Of a stretch of DNA of 64,000 bases, positions 41,976-54,910 are shown piece after piece. The notes under the pieces were generated by a model, which saw nothing but the letters and a program-made list of their open reading frames with translations, was not told the DNA's origin and did not search any database. The number at the start of each line of letters is the position of its first letter. Within the stretch, counting starts at the first letter, position 1. The DNA is taken from positions 44,578,001 to 44,642,000 of the forward strand of contig OX597819.1 of the NCBI GenBank assembly GCA_951406725.2. The letters run 5' to 3'. The DNA comes from Octopus vulgaris. Taxonomy: Eukaryota. The translations under genes were made by a program, and so were the position numbers.

Positions 41976-42147
41976 AGAGAAAAAGGAAGAGAGGAGAGAG
42001 CGGAAGAGAGTGAGAAAAAAGAAATGGAGAGAGACGGAGAGTAAAAGTGTGAGCGAGGCACAGAGAGAGAGAGAGAGAGGGGGCAGAGAGCTCGAGTCAG
42101 AGCAAGAAACAGTGACAAAGTACGTGTGTATGTGTGTATATATGCTA

Positions 42148-42178
<31 letters not shown>

Positions 42179-42499
42179 TGTGTTTATGTGTGTGTGTGTA
42201 AGATAAATCGCGGTAAGACATTAAGAGGAAAAACAGAGCAAGATAGATACATAGAAATGAGAGAATTAGAGAGAGAAAGAGAACAAGTCTTCTTATGTTA
42301 TACTCTACCAATTTCTTCATGATTTCTGTCTGTTGTATTTTATCACTTTCATCTATTTCTTTGTATTTGTATATTTCTATGTATTTGTATATGTGGATCT
42401 GTTCTAATTCTCTCATTTCGCTGTGTACCTAATTTACCGTTTCTCAATTTACTTCTTACATACAAGCTTTGGTGCATTTGTCTAATCTCTGTCTCATTC

Positions 42500-42930
42500 T
42501 TTATTCATTATATCTTAGATAAATTTATTAATTTGTGGTCAGTTTTCCTAACTGGGCATTATACCTCACAAATGTCTTAAACCATCCATAAACAGGAGAG
42601 GTCTGATAATTTGTCCGCACTGCCTGTAACCATTGGCTGTTTCATTCACTATGTTTATAACAGCGTCAGAGTTAGGCAAAACACTAGAATATAATTAGTC
42701 TTCCTGGAAGGTAACCCATCTTATTCAGATGTATGTAATTATGTGCAAAATGGTTGTTCTCCATTATGACATGACCTCGTTGATTGTATTTTGTTTGTAC
42801 TGAAGACTGCTTTATTTATGTGGAGTGTTTTCGGTATCAAAATATGAGCTATACGATTAAATGCTTTATAGTCATCAATCCAGAATATTCTAACGTTTGG
42901 TTTTCTCTTTTCGCTGTGCATACATTCTTC
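42500..42930 (-). mobile_element. Old Dong/R4 RT fragment
   Basis: Minus peptides FWIDDYKAFNRIAH, FQED, VFCLTLTLL and LLFMDGLR. Confidence 0.75.
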
Positions 42931-43007
42931 AGAATAGATACAGCTCGTTTGACCGGCAGCTACTCTATACAGTTACACATCACTTCTAGCAACCTTCCTA
43001 CTCCCCT

Positions 43008-43480
43008 AGCTAAATCGTTAGCACGTCGAGCTAAGTGCCGAGCTGCCTTTCGACCGTTTTTGCGTTCTGGTTTCAAATCCTTCCAACGTCGTTGTTGCCT
43101 TACATCCTTTCGGGGTCGATAAAATAAGTACCGTTTGAGCACTTAAAAAAGGGTAAATAACCCCTTTGGTTATGAATGACCATGGGATGGAACCTAGAAA
43201 GCTACCCTCCGAGGCATAGGGCAAGGTTGTTTTATTGGAGACCAGCAGTCGCCCATGCATACTAACCTCACGTCATCCATGTTATCCAAGCGAGAAGCCA
43301 AGGCCGATACAGCTTGACACCAGTGATATCGCAACTAATTTCTACACCTGAGTGAACAGGATCAACGTGAAACAATGTGTCTTGCTCAAGAACTGTAAGC
43401 CAGGCACTCTAACCACTGAGCCATGCGTCGATGGAATCGATTTATTCTCTCCCCCGAAATTGATCATTTTCAACCAAAGC
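43008..43480. mobile_element. SINE B (+) interrupted by SINE C (-, 43160-43427)
   Basis: SINE B stops at GAGCACT (about 43143) and resumes at GTCGATGGAATCGA (about 43427). Confidence 0.8.
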
Positions 43481-44334
43481 GTATGATATGCCGTCATACA
43501 ACTTATCATCTGTGCATGCAAGACTCTATTTCTTGCAAAGTTCCCATTACACCCTAAGAGCGACCTAATGATGTCGACTTATGCATTATTGTTATCGCCT
43601 GTAATATTCTCGGCGTTTCTACGGTCTGTCTAATTATGTCTAAGTGTTATGCTTACGCCAAGAGAGTTAATGACACGAATGAGGAAATATATATATGTAT
43701 AGAAAAAGAAGGGAAAGAAAGGGAGGTAAAAAGAGACAGAACAGAAATAGCTGGATCAGTGAAAAAATTAGAAAAGGAAAATGCAAGAGACAGAGAGGAA
43801 AGGTCTATATTACTCTGCATTTGTGTGTTCAAGTCGCAGGCAATGTCGAAATGTTTAACATAATGAAACAATATCATGAAAATCAATAAATTTCAGCATT
43901 AAAAGATAAATATCGATAGATAGTTAAAACAAGTGAAATACCCTTAGTCAGGAAATAGCTGTAGATGGTACATTTTCATCTTTTACATATTCCAGACCAA
44001 AGACTGTAGTCATGCTGGGGCATCACCGTTCTCCATTTTTTAAATAATTAGGATTAAATGCTTATTGGTATTATGAGAGCAGACAGATACATTGGCAAAA
44101 AACAAAGAAACAAAAAAAAAGCAAGAAAAAACAAAAAAAGATGTAATAGTTAATTAGATAGATAAGTAGATAGATAGATAAGTAAGTCAACAGATACATC
44201 AGTAGATATGCAGATACAGATATATGTTAACAGATAAACAAACGGATAGTTGGACTGAAAAGGAATGAAAATAACCACAATTAGTAAGTAATTTGGACAG
44301 AGCATTCTGTGTATCTTGAGCACCACCAGCAAAA

Positions 44335-44511
44335 AAAATTTTTTCCTCTGTCTTCCCTTCTCGGGATCTTTACTTCTCCTTGGTTTCCGACGAAGAGCTC
44401 CGCTCGAAACGTTACACCCTCCTTCCCTTCTTTCCTGAGCGTCAAATAAATACTTTAATTGTTCCATGTCCTCGCGTTGCTGTGTTTTTTTCTGGGTTTT
44501 CTTGTTTGGAT

Positions 44512-44516
<5 letters not shown>
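44335..44516 (+). mobile_element. Short PLE-like element with a minimal HHR (44382-44418)
   Basis: GGTTT-CCGACGA-A-GAGCTCCGCTC-GAAACGTT-ACACC; ends TTTGGATTAAC(TA)n. Confidence 0.78.
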
Positions 44517-44548
<32 letters not shown>

Positions 44549-44549
44549 C

Positions 44550-44886
44550 CTTTTACTTGCTTCAACCATTAGAACGGAGTCATGCTGAGGCCCCGCCTTG
44601 AATAAGCATGGTACTTAAGCTCTCAGTCATTGCAGGATACATGAACACAAGATTTCAAGCGGTGGTGAGGGAGAAACACAGATATAATGACACAGACACA
44701 TTCATATACACACACGCACACACACACACGACGGGCTTCTTTCAGTTTCCATCTACCAAATACACTCAGAAGATTTTGGTTAGCACGAGGCTATAATAGA
44801 AAACACTGTCCCAAGGTGTCAGGCAGTGGGCCTGAAACCGGAACTATGAGGCTGGAAAGCAAATTGCTTAACACTTACCAGCGCCT
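44550..44886 (-). mobile_element. SINE family A, diverged
   Basis: ACGACGGGCTTCTTTCAGTTTCC and other family A motifs. Confidence 0.8.
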
Positions 44887-45588
44887 ATATGTGAATAAGA
44901 TTTATCTTTTTAATTCATCATTTATTCCCTTAAACTATAAAGCACACTGTATCTGTTTAACATATCACATGAAAGTACAAAAAACTCATTTAACTTACAG
45001 TTAAAATACTGTTTTGATTAAATGGCAGGATTCCAAGTTTTGGAAACTTTTTGCTTGATATACTGTGGAATTGTTGTTGTTGTTATTGTTGCTATTATTA
45101 TTATTATTATTAAGGCGGCGAGCTGGCAGAATCGTTTTGTATATGGTTTTATCTCATTTTACACCCCCTTCTCCTATTCCCCCTTTCATCTCTTATGTAA
45201 AACCCTACAAAAATTTGTAAAATGCCCTTGTAATGTCCCTCCTCATCTCATGCGCCTGGGACAAGCGAAAGAAATTATCATCATCATCATTTTTAGAATA
45301 GAATCGTTAGCAATATGCTTAGCAGCATTTCGTCCGTCCTTAGTTCTGAGATCAAATTCCAACGAGGTCGATTTTGCCTTTCGTCATTTCGGGATCGATA
45401 TATTCCAGGCTATATGCGACGAGCTGGCAGAATTGTTAGCACGCCGGACAATATGCTTGGTAGTATTTTGTCCGTCTTTACTTTCTCAGTTACACTAAAA
45501 AATTATGATCATTTTAGTTATCATTATCAATATTATTATTATTATTATTATTGTTGTTGTTGTTGTTGTTATTGTTCTTCTTCTTCTT

Positions 45589-45660
<72 letters not shown>

Positions 45661-45997
45661 GTTTTCATATACACACAGCAGATTAGACAGTTGGAAAAGA
45701 AACAATCCTAGCATTAGGCTACAACAAGTAACCTTAGATGCCCAGAACCATCCTAAGTATCTTGGCTGTTCCTTGGAGCTGTACTAAACTGGCTTTTAAG
45801 CCTATTTCCTCTATCCATTTGTTCAATTATTTAGGGATAGTTGTCAATGCACTTATAACTACAAGGATACATTTTACCCATACTTTCCATAGTCCCTCTA
45901 ATTCAATAACTAGATCCCTGATACATTGCTATTTTCCTATACCTCTCATACTGATTTTTTTCATCATTTGATACTGCAAAGTCAATTATCAGGTACT
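45661..45997 (-). mobile_element. Dong/R4 LINE 3' end (restriction-like endonuclease C-terminus)
   Basis: Minus peptides YLIIDFAVSND...DLVIELEGLWKVWVKCILVVISALTTIPK...LQGTAKILRMVL; the 3' end runs into (AAT)n. Confidence 0.85.
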
Positions 45998-46160
45998 CTT
46001 CTTCTTCTTCTTCTTCTTCTTCTTCTTCTTCTTCTTCTTCTTCTTCTTCTTCTTCTTCTTCTTCTTCTTCTTCTTCTTCTTCTTCTTCTTCTTCTTCTTC
46101 TTCTTCTTCTTCTTCTTCTTCTTCTTCTTCTTCTTCTTCTTCTTCTTCTTCTTCTTCTTC
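45998..46160. repeat. Pure (TTC)n tract, about 54 units
   Basis: Directly visible. Confidence 0.98.
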
Positions 46161-46699
46161 TATGATTCGCAGTTCACTGAGTGCTGATATCACAACTGAA
46201 TGAGTACTGCTCCGCTGCGTGTCCTACAGCTCTGTGAATGCTTTGACTTGTTTTAAATGTTGGTTATAACAGAAGACCATGTCTTCTGTGTCATTATATT
46301 TTTTCGTTCTTCCTCTCCGATCTACACTATGTCCCACATTATTAGGGAAATCAACCTTCTCTCAATAAATAAATGTATATTCGTTCAAAACCAATTGTTT
46401 TCCCATTGACTGTTGGCAACACCTATCTGCGCACATTCTGTTATAGAGACCTAATTCCCTGTTCCTATTACTTATTGTGTAATAGCTCCTGCTACATGTC
46501 TCTACTGGCCTCGTCTCTATCGATCTACTGTTCGTCTAAGCTTTTTATCCATAGGTTTTTGTGGGCACCGATTTGTAGCGATTCCCGCTCTCTATCTTTG
46601 TGGAGGTATCGGCTTGTATTGGAATTGCCTTCCTTTGACTGTTGGTCCTTAGTTTATTACCATCCCCACTATTACCATCCCCCACTATGATGGTGTTAG

Positions 46700-48035
46700 T
46701 GTTCGAGTCGCTTCTGTTACTAACTAAACCTGCCCTGTTATCCGTTGGTACGTTCATTTTTCTTGTCTCGTATGCTATTTTCATCGGTCTATCGGAAGTG
46801 AGATATTTTTCTCGCGTTGTGTCTTGCTAGGTTATGGCTAGTGGAAAAAGTGAGCCGGACATTGTGCGTATGGAATATTCTATGGTATTTACTAAACTTC
46901 GGAAAGTGTTTCCCGATCGCGGTGTAAAACTGCTTCGGAATGTCGTTTTCTGAATCCGGTATTATACCATTGAGTAGTTCTAGAATTCCTATTACTTTGA
47001 GCATTATTATGCATTTTGTGGTTGTTAATGTTGGAGTTTTCCCGCTTCTTGTGGTAGCTGTCCGGGTATGAGGTGGGATGTTTCTTGCTATCAAATTTCT
47101 TTGTTGTGTTTTGTGTATGTGTAAACCTGGGGTAGTTTACTTTGCTTCTAAGGTTCAGCGTACTATGGCTTCTACCGTTATTTCCATTATGTAGTTTCAT
47201 ACGAGAATCCCTCGTGTTTGTATGTTTTTTATTACCATCTGAACTGCATATTTTTGACTGTATACTATGTATTCGTTCCTCTTTTTTCTTATTGATTTCT
47301 CTATCCGTTTATGAGGATTTATTTGGTTGTTATGGTTATTTTTGAGTGTATTTTGCTATCCTACGCGTTCCTTATTATATTTATCTATTTTGATTTGATT
47401 TACTGATCTATACACTAATTTATTTTTGTATCTTGTTTCTTCTAACGCTTTGTTATAGGAATAGGAATTTTCATTTAGTTTAAATATCTCCTAATTAGCC
47501 GACAGTCTACATTTACGGGTGGAAATGTTTCTGACTATGATTAGGTTATACACTTGGGGTGATTACTATTTGAGGTTTCCGTTAGGTTTGTGGTATGCTT
47601 GAATAAGCCGGTACTTTGATATAGTGTAACGTCTAAGAAGTTGATTGCGGTGTGTTCTTCCTGTATTGAGATGGCTAGCTCTATGCCTTTGAAAAACATG
47701 AATAATCTTTATCTGTATCTTTCTATCTCAACGTTGGAAGGGTTATGCAAGGTGAACAGAATAAAATATAAAGCCCTGCTAGATCGGTTACCTGGGCGGA
47801 GTCGCGTTATCCCTTGGTTATATCCGGCCTACATTTTCTCACCCAGTATTTTCTTTCGACATCTATAATAAACTTTCTGTCGGCTAGCACTACATCAAGT
47901 TCTTCTCTACGTAATCTCAGTGTTTTCATGGTGAACATAAGTGCTTTGTTGAGGGAAATGGGGTTAACAGTGGCATAATAGCAGGATATAATTAGTTGGA
48001 TGAATTTCATTTTTTTAGCCGGTGATTTTGATAAG
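46700..48035 (-). mobile_element. Penelope-like RT/thumb/linker remnant
   Basis: Minus peptides FIQLIISCYYATVNPISLNKALMF (compare FDIxxFYPSI), INFLDVTL, HKPN..SNHP, WYNTGF and IGKHFPKFSKYHRIFHTHNVRLTFS. Confidence 0.82.
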
Positions 48036-48840
48036 ATCGCTATCCTTGTTCTCCTCCTCTTCCTCCTCTTCTTATTCTTCCGCCTCTTCCTCTTCTTCCA
48101 CCTCCTCTTCATTTTCCATCACCTCCTGCTGCTACTGCCCCATCCTCCTCCCCATCTTCCTTCTTCCCTCCTCATTTTTTGCTGCCGCCGCCATCAATTC
48201 GATCTGCACCACCGTCATCGTCGTCGTCATCATCATCATCATCATCATCATCATCACCATTCTATATATCATCATCATCCTTATCATCATCGTCGTCGTC
48301 TTCGTCGTTGTCATCACCATTATCCTCAATTTTCTTTCCTATTTCATCGTCGTTATTATTGTGGCTATTGTCGCTTTCATCACGTCCTCGCTGTCATAAT
48401 ACTAGCAGCATCAGCGGCAGCATTAAAAACCGCAGCAACAGCAACAGCAGCAGCAGCAGAATCAGTAGTAGTAGCAGTAGTGGTAGTGGCAGCAGCAGCA
48501 GCAGCAGCAACAATGCTATTTTATTACATTTAATGATATTTCCTCATCCTTCTTTTCCTGTTTAAACTGGACTGACTGCCTACGTAAAAATAGGCAAGTT
48601 AAAAGATCAAAGGATTGGAGAGAAAAAGAGAAAGAGGAAAAAAGCCGAAAGATCCTCACCAAAGGATAAGTCTGGCAGCAAAACAAGACGTAGAATATCA
48701 TCCACAGAGTATTCGGCCGAAACATGTCCGAACAGAACTTTCATCTATCACGTGACTATCTGTCTGTGTAGATTTCTTTTTTCTTGATGTTTCAAAGATT
48801 TTATTGCCAAACAGCCTTCGATGTCCACTACACTCATACA

Positions 48841-48939
<99 letters not shown>

Positions 48940-49114
48940 ATGTGTGAATACATATGTAGATGTTAAGATACATATCCATATGCGTATTTCACCTTGTGTA
49001 TAAGACGATGCATCTGTTTTCCTCTTTTTCTCTCACTGTGTGTGTATGTATGGTACGCGTATGTGTGTGTGTGTATGTGTGTGTGAGTGTATGTGTGCGT
49101 GTGTGTGTGTGTTT

Positions 49115-49150
<36 letters not shown>

Positions 49151-49273
49151 ACACGTGTGTTTTATGTTCGAATGGATATAGAAAATTCTTCTGAAGAACG
49201 ATATAGGCAAAATGAACTAGATTGGTGAGTACAAAGTTATCAGGCAGCTATGGGTCTTATACATACATCTATA

Positions 49274-49313
<40 letters not shown>

Positions 49314-49377
49314 CATATATATATAAATGTATGTATGTATGTATATGTATATGTATATATATATAGATGTATGTATG

Positions 49378-49421
<44 letters not shown>

Positions 49422-49600
49422 CTTCTAAATATGTGTGTATATGTGTGTTACGAGAGGAGAAAGGAGGGTATGGAGTAGCAGTGCCAGTGAAAGATAAAAG
49501 AATGGAAAGAAGAAAACCAAGAAAAAAACAAGGAAATTGAAAGAACAAAGCGTATAAAATAATACAAAAAACAAGATACATATATATACATATATGTATG

Positions 49601-49641
<41 letters not shown>

Positions 49642-49715
49642 GAATACAGACCTTCATCCTTGCACTTGCATACAGGCATTTACACATGCATATAAATATA
49701 TATATATATATATGA

Positions 49716-49750
<35 letters not shown>

Positions 49751-50972
49751 TGTGAGGAAGAAGAAAAGAAGTTGTAGAGAAATCTTGATCAGATCAAAGG
49801 TTTTTTTGAATTGTACGATTACTCTTAGTTTTCGAAATATGAAAAATTTTATAATCCTTCGAGCGGTGAAAGATTCATCCACAAATGGTTATCGTTCTAT
49901 ATATTTTTGTTATTATCAAAAGAGGCGTATAAGATAGCCGATACAGTAAGTAATACGGATCCCACTTCTTTTCTTCTCTCCACAATATGCTATTCCTGGT
50001 TCAAATTTTATCTTCGTCGATACATTTCTTCCACACCATTGAAAAGAATATATAAGGTCGTCACAGAAATAGGTTTAGATTTGGCAGGATGAAACCCTTA
50101 CTTATTGTACTCATCACCTTTAATATTAAGTTTAGATAAATAACTGTCTGATCTCAAATCTGGTTAATGTATTCTTTTCCATTTCTTTCATATGTATCCC
50201 ATAAACGTGCTGTAAGTTGGGTAACAATTCATGACTATTATCCTCATTTGCATCCAAGAATGGATATATTTGATCTTTATTCATGTATAAAAACTAACGA
50301 TTTCTGTCAGACCACTCGTATACTGTTTTTTCTTTAAATCTGGGTTCAAATATTAGACAGCCATCTTGCTGCGGTATTAACTTCAGTAGAGTACTTATCT
50401 AATATATTTATCAGACTGGTTACCAAATGTTTCATTATCTTTAGACCTAAAAGGATACAACCCTATACATAGTGTATTATCGATACACACATACGCGCAC
50501 ACACAGTGAGAAGCAGAAAGGAGGTCCTTCATTCGTGAACGGTTGTTAAAGCGCTGAAACTAAATGAAAATAGGAATCCGTAGTTGATTCTATCGAATAA
50601 ATCCAAATAGTTAAAAAAAAAATTAACTAAAACGTTTAAATTAAATTGTGTTGGCTCAATTATATTTTTTGTAAAGTAAGATATCACCTGTAGATTACAC
50701 GTGTTACATGGTAACTCTTGTGTATTCCTGTCATCGCGGCTTTTCATATGAGCAATAAAATTAGTCTTGAACCAGCAGAGGATTTGACGTATTTAGTAGA
50801 TGTCATCCTTTTGTACAAAAGGGGAGATTAAGATTGTGCTTTAGAGTGGAATATGTTCTAATAATCCTATCATGTTTTCTTGAATCCCTAAGTCATACAA
50901 AATCCCGTATTACAATGAGACCGAAGTCACAAGTGCTCCTACGATTGTAACTCAAATTCTAAATGCTTTAAT

Positions 50973-51181
50973 ACTCTTTTACTCGTTTACTCTTTTACTT
51001 GTTTCAGTCACTTCACTGCGTCCATGCTGGAGCACCACCTTTAGTCGAGCAAATCCACCCCAGGACTTATTCTTTGTAAGCCTGGTACTTATTCTATCGG
51101 TCTCTTTTGCCGACCCACTAAGTTACGGAGACGTAAACACACCAGCATCGGTTGTCAAGCGATGTTGCGCGAACAAACGCA

Positions 51182-51277
<96 letters not shown>

Positions 51278-51440
51278 CGACGGGCTTCTTTCAGTTTCCG
51301 TCTACCAATTCCACTCACAAGGCTTTGGTCGGCCCGAGGCTATAGTAGAAGACACCTGCCCAAGGTGCCAGGCAGTGGGACTGAGCCCGGAACCATGTGG
51401 TTCGTAAGCAAGCTACTTATCACACAGCCACTCCTGCATC
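50973..51440 (-). mobile_element. SINE family A, full-length
   Basis: Reverse complement closely matches 32165-32619. Confidence 0.93.
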
Positions 51441-52114
51441 TATAATAATAGTTAATAGTTTATTTGTACATCGCAGTAGATATCTATAAACTTGTCGAGA
51501 GAGGGATATTTCGTAGCTAACTATGAAGCGGACCATCAGGGATTCCAGTATTTTTCATACAAATGACAATTTAGCACCATCCAGTGTATTTATGCCCGTA
51601 ACGAGGTTTTATTGGTACTTATGGCACAATCTTCGAGGGTATCAATATTATGTAATTTGCCACACACATACATGCAAGCACGCATGCACGCACACACGCG
51701 TATACACACATATTCACTTAAACATGTCATGAACGTTGATTTGATTTGTATAAGGTATCAACGTTCATAGTATATTGAGATAACAACAAGTCGATAAACT
51801 TGAATCTTTATTTTAGCCGAGTCGCCAGAATTTTCCAGAGGTTCCGTGAAAAATTTTGCAAAGCAATGTTGGCTTTTGCATATTACAGAGAAAATTCACT
51901 GTGAGTTCTATGATTTACTGTGGAGGCTATGGAGCGGAATATAGTCACGATTCAATTGGATATCATCGATTGAGTATGACAAAATTGCATCTGTGTTAAA
52001 TAGATGAAGTACTGATATTGATATTCAAATAGTAAAACCAAGAACCTTACATGCTTTGGAAGGTTGATTTTCGAGTTCTTGCATCTCTTGTAGAGAATGA
52101 ACAATAGATATATA

Positions 52115-52242
52115 CTTATTTACATTAGACTGATATTTGTCCTCATCTTGTTTGTTGTTAACACAACGTTTCGGTGTCTTGGGGAAATTTCGAAACTGGG
52201 TTCTCATTCCTAAGGTATATTTCGATGTTGCTGTTATTGTTG

Positions 52243-52320
<78 letters not shown>

Positions 52321-52401
52321 GTGTTCAGGTCACTGCTTGGAATCGAACTCAGAATCTTGGGGTTAGTAAGTAGTTCGCGCTCTTATCCACTACGCCATAT
52401 G
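52115..52401 (-). mobile_element. tRNA-headed element with an (AAT)n spacer and an HHR-bearing tail (HHR core deleted)
   Basis: Minus strand has A-box TGGCGTAGTGG, B-box GAGTTCGATTCC and (AAT)n. The tail matches 54545-54700 but lacks 27 nt. Confidence 0.8.
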
Positions 52402-52589
52402 AAAATGTATCTCTTATATCAGTTCGAACCATGTTTCAGTCTTTATATTAAACTTTTGAAAATTGAACAGTTATGATCGCTGCTCCTGCATTTCTTAAAG
52501 GAGCATGCTTTTTTTTTTAGAGAAACACCCTTGTCAGCAGGATATAGTTTGTGAGATCTATATATGGAGTACAGTTTACTAGTAATATT

Positions 52590-53000
52590 GGTTTCAACTT
52601 TTGGTACAAGGCCAGCAATTTGCGGAGGAAGGAGTTGTTATTTTACATCGACTCTATTGCTCAATAACAACTTATTTTATCCGCCTCGAAACCATGAATA
52701 GCAAAGCAGATCTCAACAGAATTTGAAAGTAGAATGTAAAGACGGGCGAAATGCCACTGGGCAGTTTTCCCAGCGTGCTGTGATTCTGTCAGCTCGTAGC
52801 CTTCATTTTACTAGTAATATTAGCATAATTTAAGGCGGCGCTCTGGCGGAATAGTTAGTTCAAGTTCCACGGAGGTCGACTTTGTCTACGATCCTTTCGG
52901 GATCGATAAAATAAGAACCAGTTGGGCACTGTGGTCACTGTAATTGACTTGCTCCCTCCCACTAACTTGCTAGCCTTGTGACAAAGTTTGAAATCAATAT
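52590..53000. mobile_element. Head-to-head SINE B pair (-, 52590-52805; +, 52833-53000)
   Basis: Family B motifs; flanking direct repeats TTTACTAGTAATATT and AATATTAGCAT. Confidence 0.85.
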
Positions 53001-53009
53001 TAGCATCCT

Positions 53010-54490
53010 TTTCATCAATCCATCTCTGCAGCTTACGATTACAAGAACTCCAAAATTTTAACATTCTAACAGACACTATCTTTGGAGGAATGTGCGACTC
53101 CCTCAACACCGTGTTTTGAAGTGATATAGACACAAGAGGAGTGACAAAATATCATTGCGAATGGACACATTCAGGCTTCCTAATTGACTCACACCAAGGC
53201 ACACATACATTTAACCAAGCCAACTGCAACCAATCTTTTCCAGCATTATATCATGTACTCTGTACATCTATCTACGACATGTCGACAAGACATTCTCCAG
53301 CCTTCCTCAGATCACCAGCCTACTATTGTATCAACACACGCTCATAGAAAGTAGAAAACAAACGTATTCACGTACTAAATTGTAAACGTGATTCTAGAAG
53401 ATGCGTTTTCAGAATTTCACAACACCTTCATTACCAACAAATATAATGTAATAAAACAAAATAATTATAGACTTTTCTTAAAGGTCACATATCCCATATT
53501 TCAACCAGAACATAAACCTAATACACCAAAGCTATTGACAGCCGAAATAAAACTTAGCATAAAAGAAACAAACGAGAAAATACCAAAGAAATGGATCCAC
53601 AGAGCAGCAGAAAATTAAGAAACGTAATTATGAAAACTAACAACAAAAGTTACATACTGTAATTAGAATAATCAACAACAGAACAACAATACACAATCAA
53701 CGGCCGTTGTCAATCTGATATCCGTCAAGATTATATATATATATATATATATATATAGTTAATCCAAAAGAAAAAACGGACAAACACAAGAAAAAAACAA
53801 CGCGTGGACGTGATACATGCAAAGTATTAGTAGACGCTCAGGGAAGGAAAGAGAGGTAGTTTCTTATATTTTGAGCAAAGCTCTTCGTCAGAAACAGGAA
53901 ACGGAGGAAATTCCGAGACAAAAGGAAGACGGAGGAAAAAAATCGCCAACGATTCACATGTGGTTACATTAGGATTATCAAGCATTATTTAAAAAATCAA
54001 CCACCAAAAGTTCCGCAAAGAAAGCAGTATTAGATAACAAAAAAAGATCTACATACTTTCCATTTAGAACACGAATTTGGTTGCGCCATTCCACTTGACT
54101 CTCCAAATCAACGCAAAATCGAAGCTGCCAAGAAAACGAGGACGAGGCAAAAATCACAAACGTATACATAAACACTTTTTGTCGAAATGAATGAGCAATC
54201 AGCAACACCAAAAAACTACTTGCGTCAGTTCCATAAAATACCCACAATCCGAAAACTGGTTGAAGTTATTACAAGTCTAAAACCCACCACTCTCCTTTAC
54301 ACACACTAAAAGTTTACAGAAAGGCTAAACTGTGACATCATTTACACATAGCTACCTTTTACAAAGGTACATCACACATTCCTAAATTTAAGCTCAACCT
54401 CCATTTAACACAGAGAATTTATATTAACTCAACCAACAACAACAATCCTCCTTCACATGTAATTCTAACTACTATCTTAATAAATAATAT
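53010..54490 (+). mobile_element. Highly degenerate PLE RT/endonuclease remnant, interrupted at about 53720-53975
   Basis: IYLRHVDKTF (compare YxRYVDDxF) near 53268 and STYFPFRTRI..H near 54047; A/C-rich coding-like strand bias. Confidence 0.45.
53757..53970 (-). mobile_element. Short PLE-like element with a degenerate HHR (53859-53895)
   Basis: Minus strand reads GTTT-CTGACGA-A-GAGCTTTGCTC-AAAA; same family as 23633 and 44335. Confidence 0.72.
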
Positions 54491-54544
54491 ATATTCATCA
54501 ACAAAGCATTCTCCACTCTAACAAAAATTTATCATCATTTAGAT

Positions 54545-54698
54545 TATTCACATTATTTCTATTATTTACATTTGACAGATATTTGTCCTCATCATGTTTG
54601 TTGTTAACACAACGTTTCGGCTGATATACCCTCCAGCCTTCATCAGGTGTCTTAGGGAAATTTCGAACCTGGGTTCTCATTCCTAAGGTACTTTTCGA

Positions 54699-54759
<61 letters not shown>

Positions 54760-54910
54760 ATCACTGCCTGGAATCGAACTCGCTGGAGGGTATATCAGCC
54801 GAAACGTTGTGTTAACAACAAACAAGATGAGGACAAATACCCGTCAAATTTAAATAATGTAATTAATGTAAAATATGTACATAATTTTTCATCTCTTAAA
54901 TATAGAACTG
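54545..54910 (-). mobile_element. tRNA-headed HHR element with a PLE-type inverted partial repeat (54782-54910)
   Basis: B-box GAGTTCGATTCC (54770-54781, minus), (AAT)n and an intact HHR; 54782-54860 is the reverse complement of about 54560-54637. Confidence 0.85.
54606..54651 (-). ncRNA. Minimal type-I hammerhead ribozyme, canonical core
   Basis: GACAC-CTGATGA-A-GGCTG-GAGGGTATAT-CAGCC-GAAACGTT-GTGTT. Confidence 0.88.

Noticed and set aside
46166-46240. Possible HHR downstream of the PLE RT remnant
   Set aside because: Neither CUGANGA nor GAAA is intact.
48000-48565. His/Ser/Ala-rich ORFs resembling a transcription-factor low-complexity region
   Set aside because: Compound trinucleotide repeats open in several frames on both strands, with no clear splice context.
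52325-52400. Possible tRNA gene
   Set aside because: A and B boxes are present, but there is no acceptor stem or proper cloverleaf; it is the head of a repeat element.
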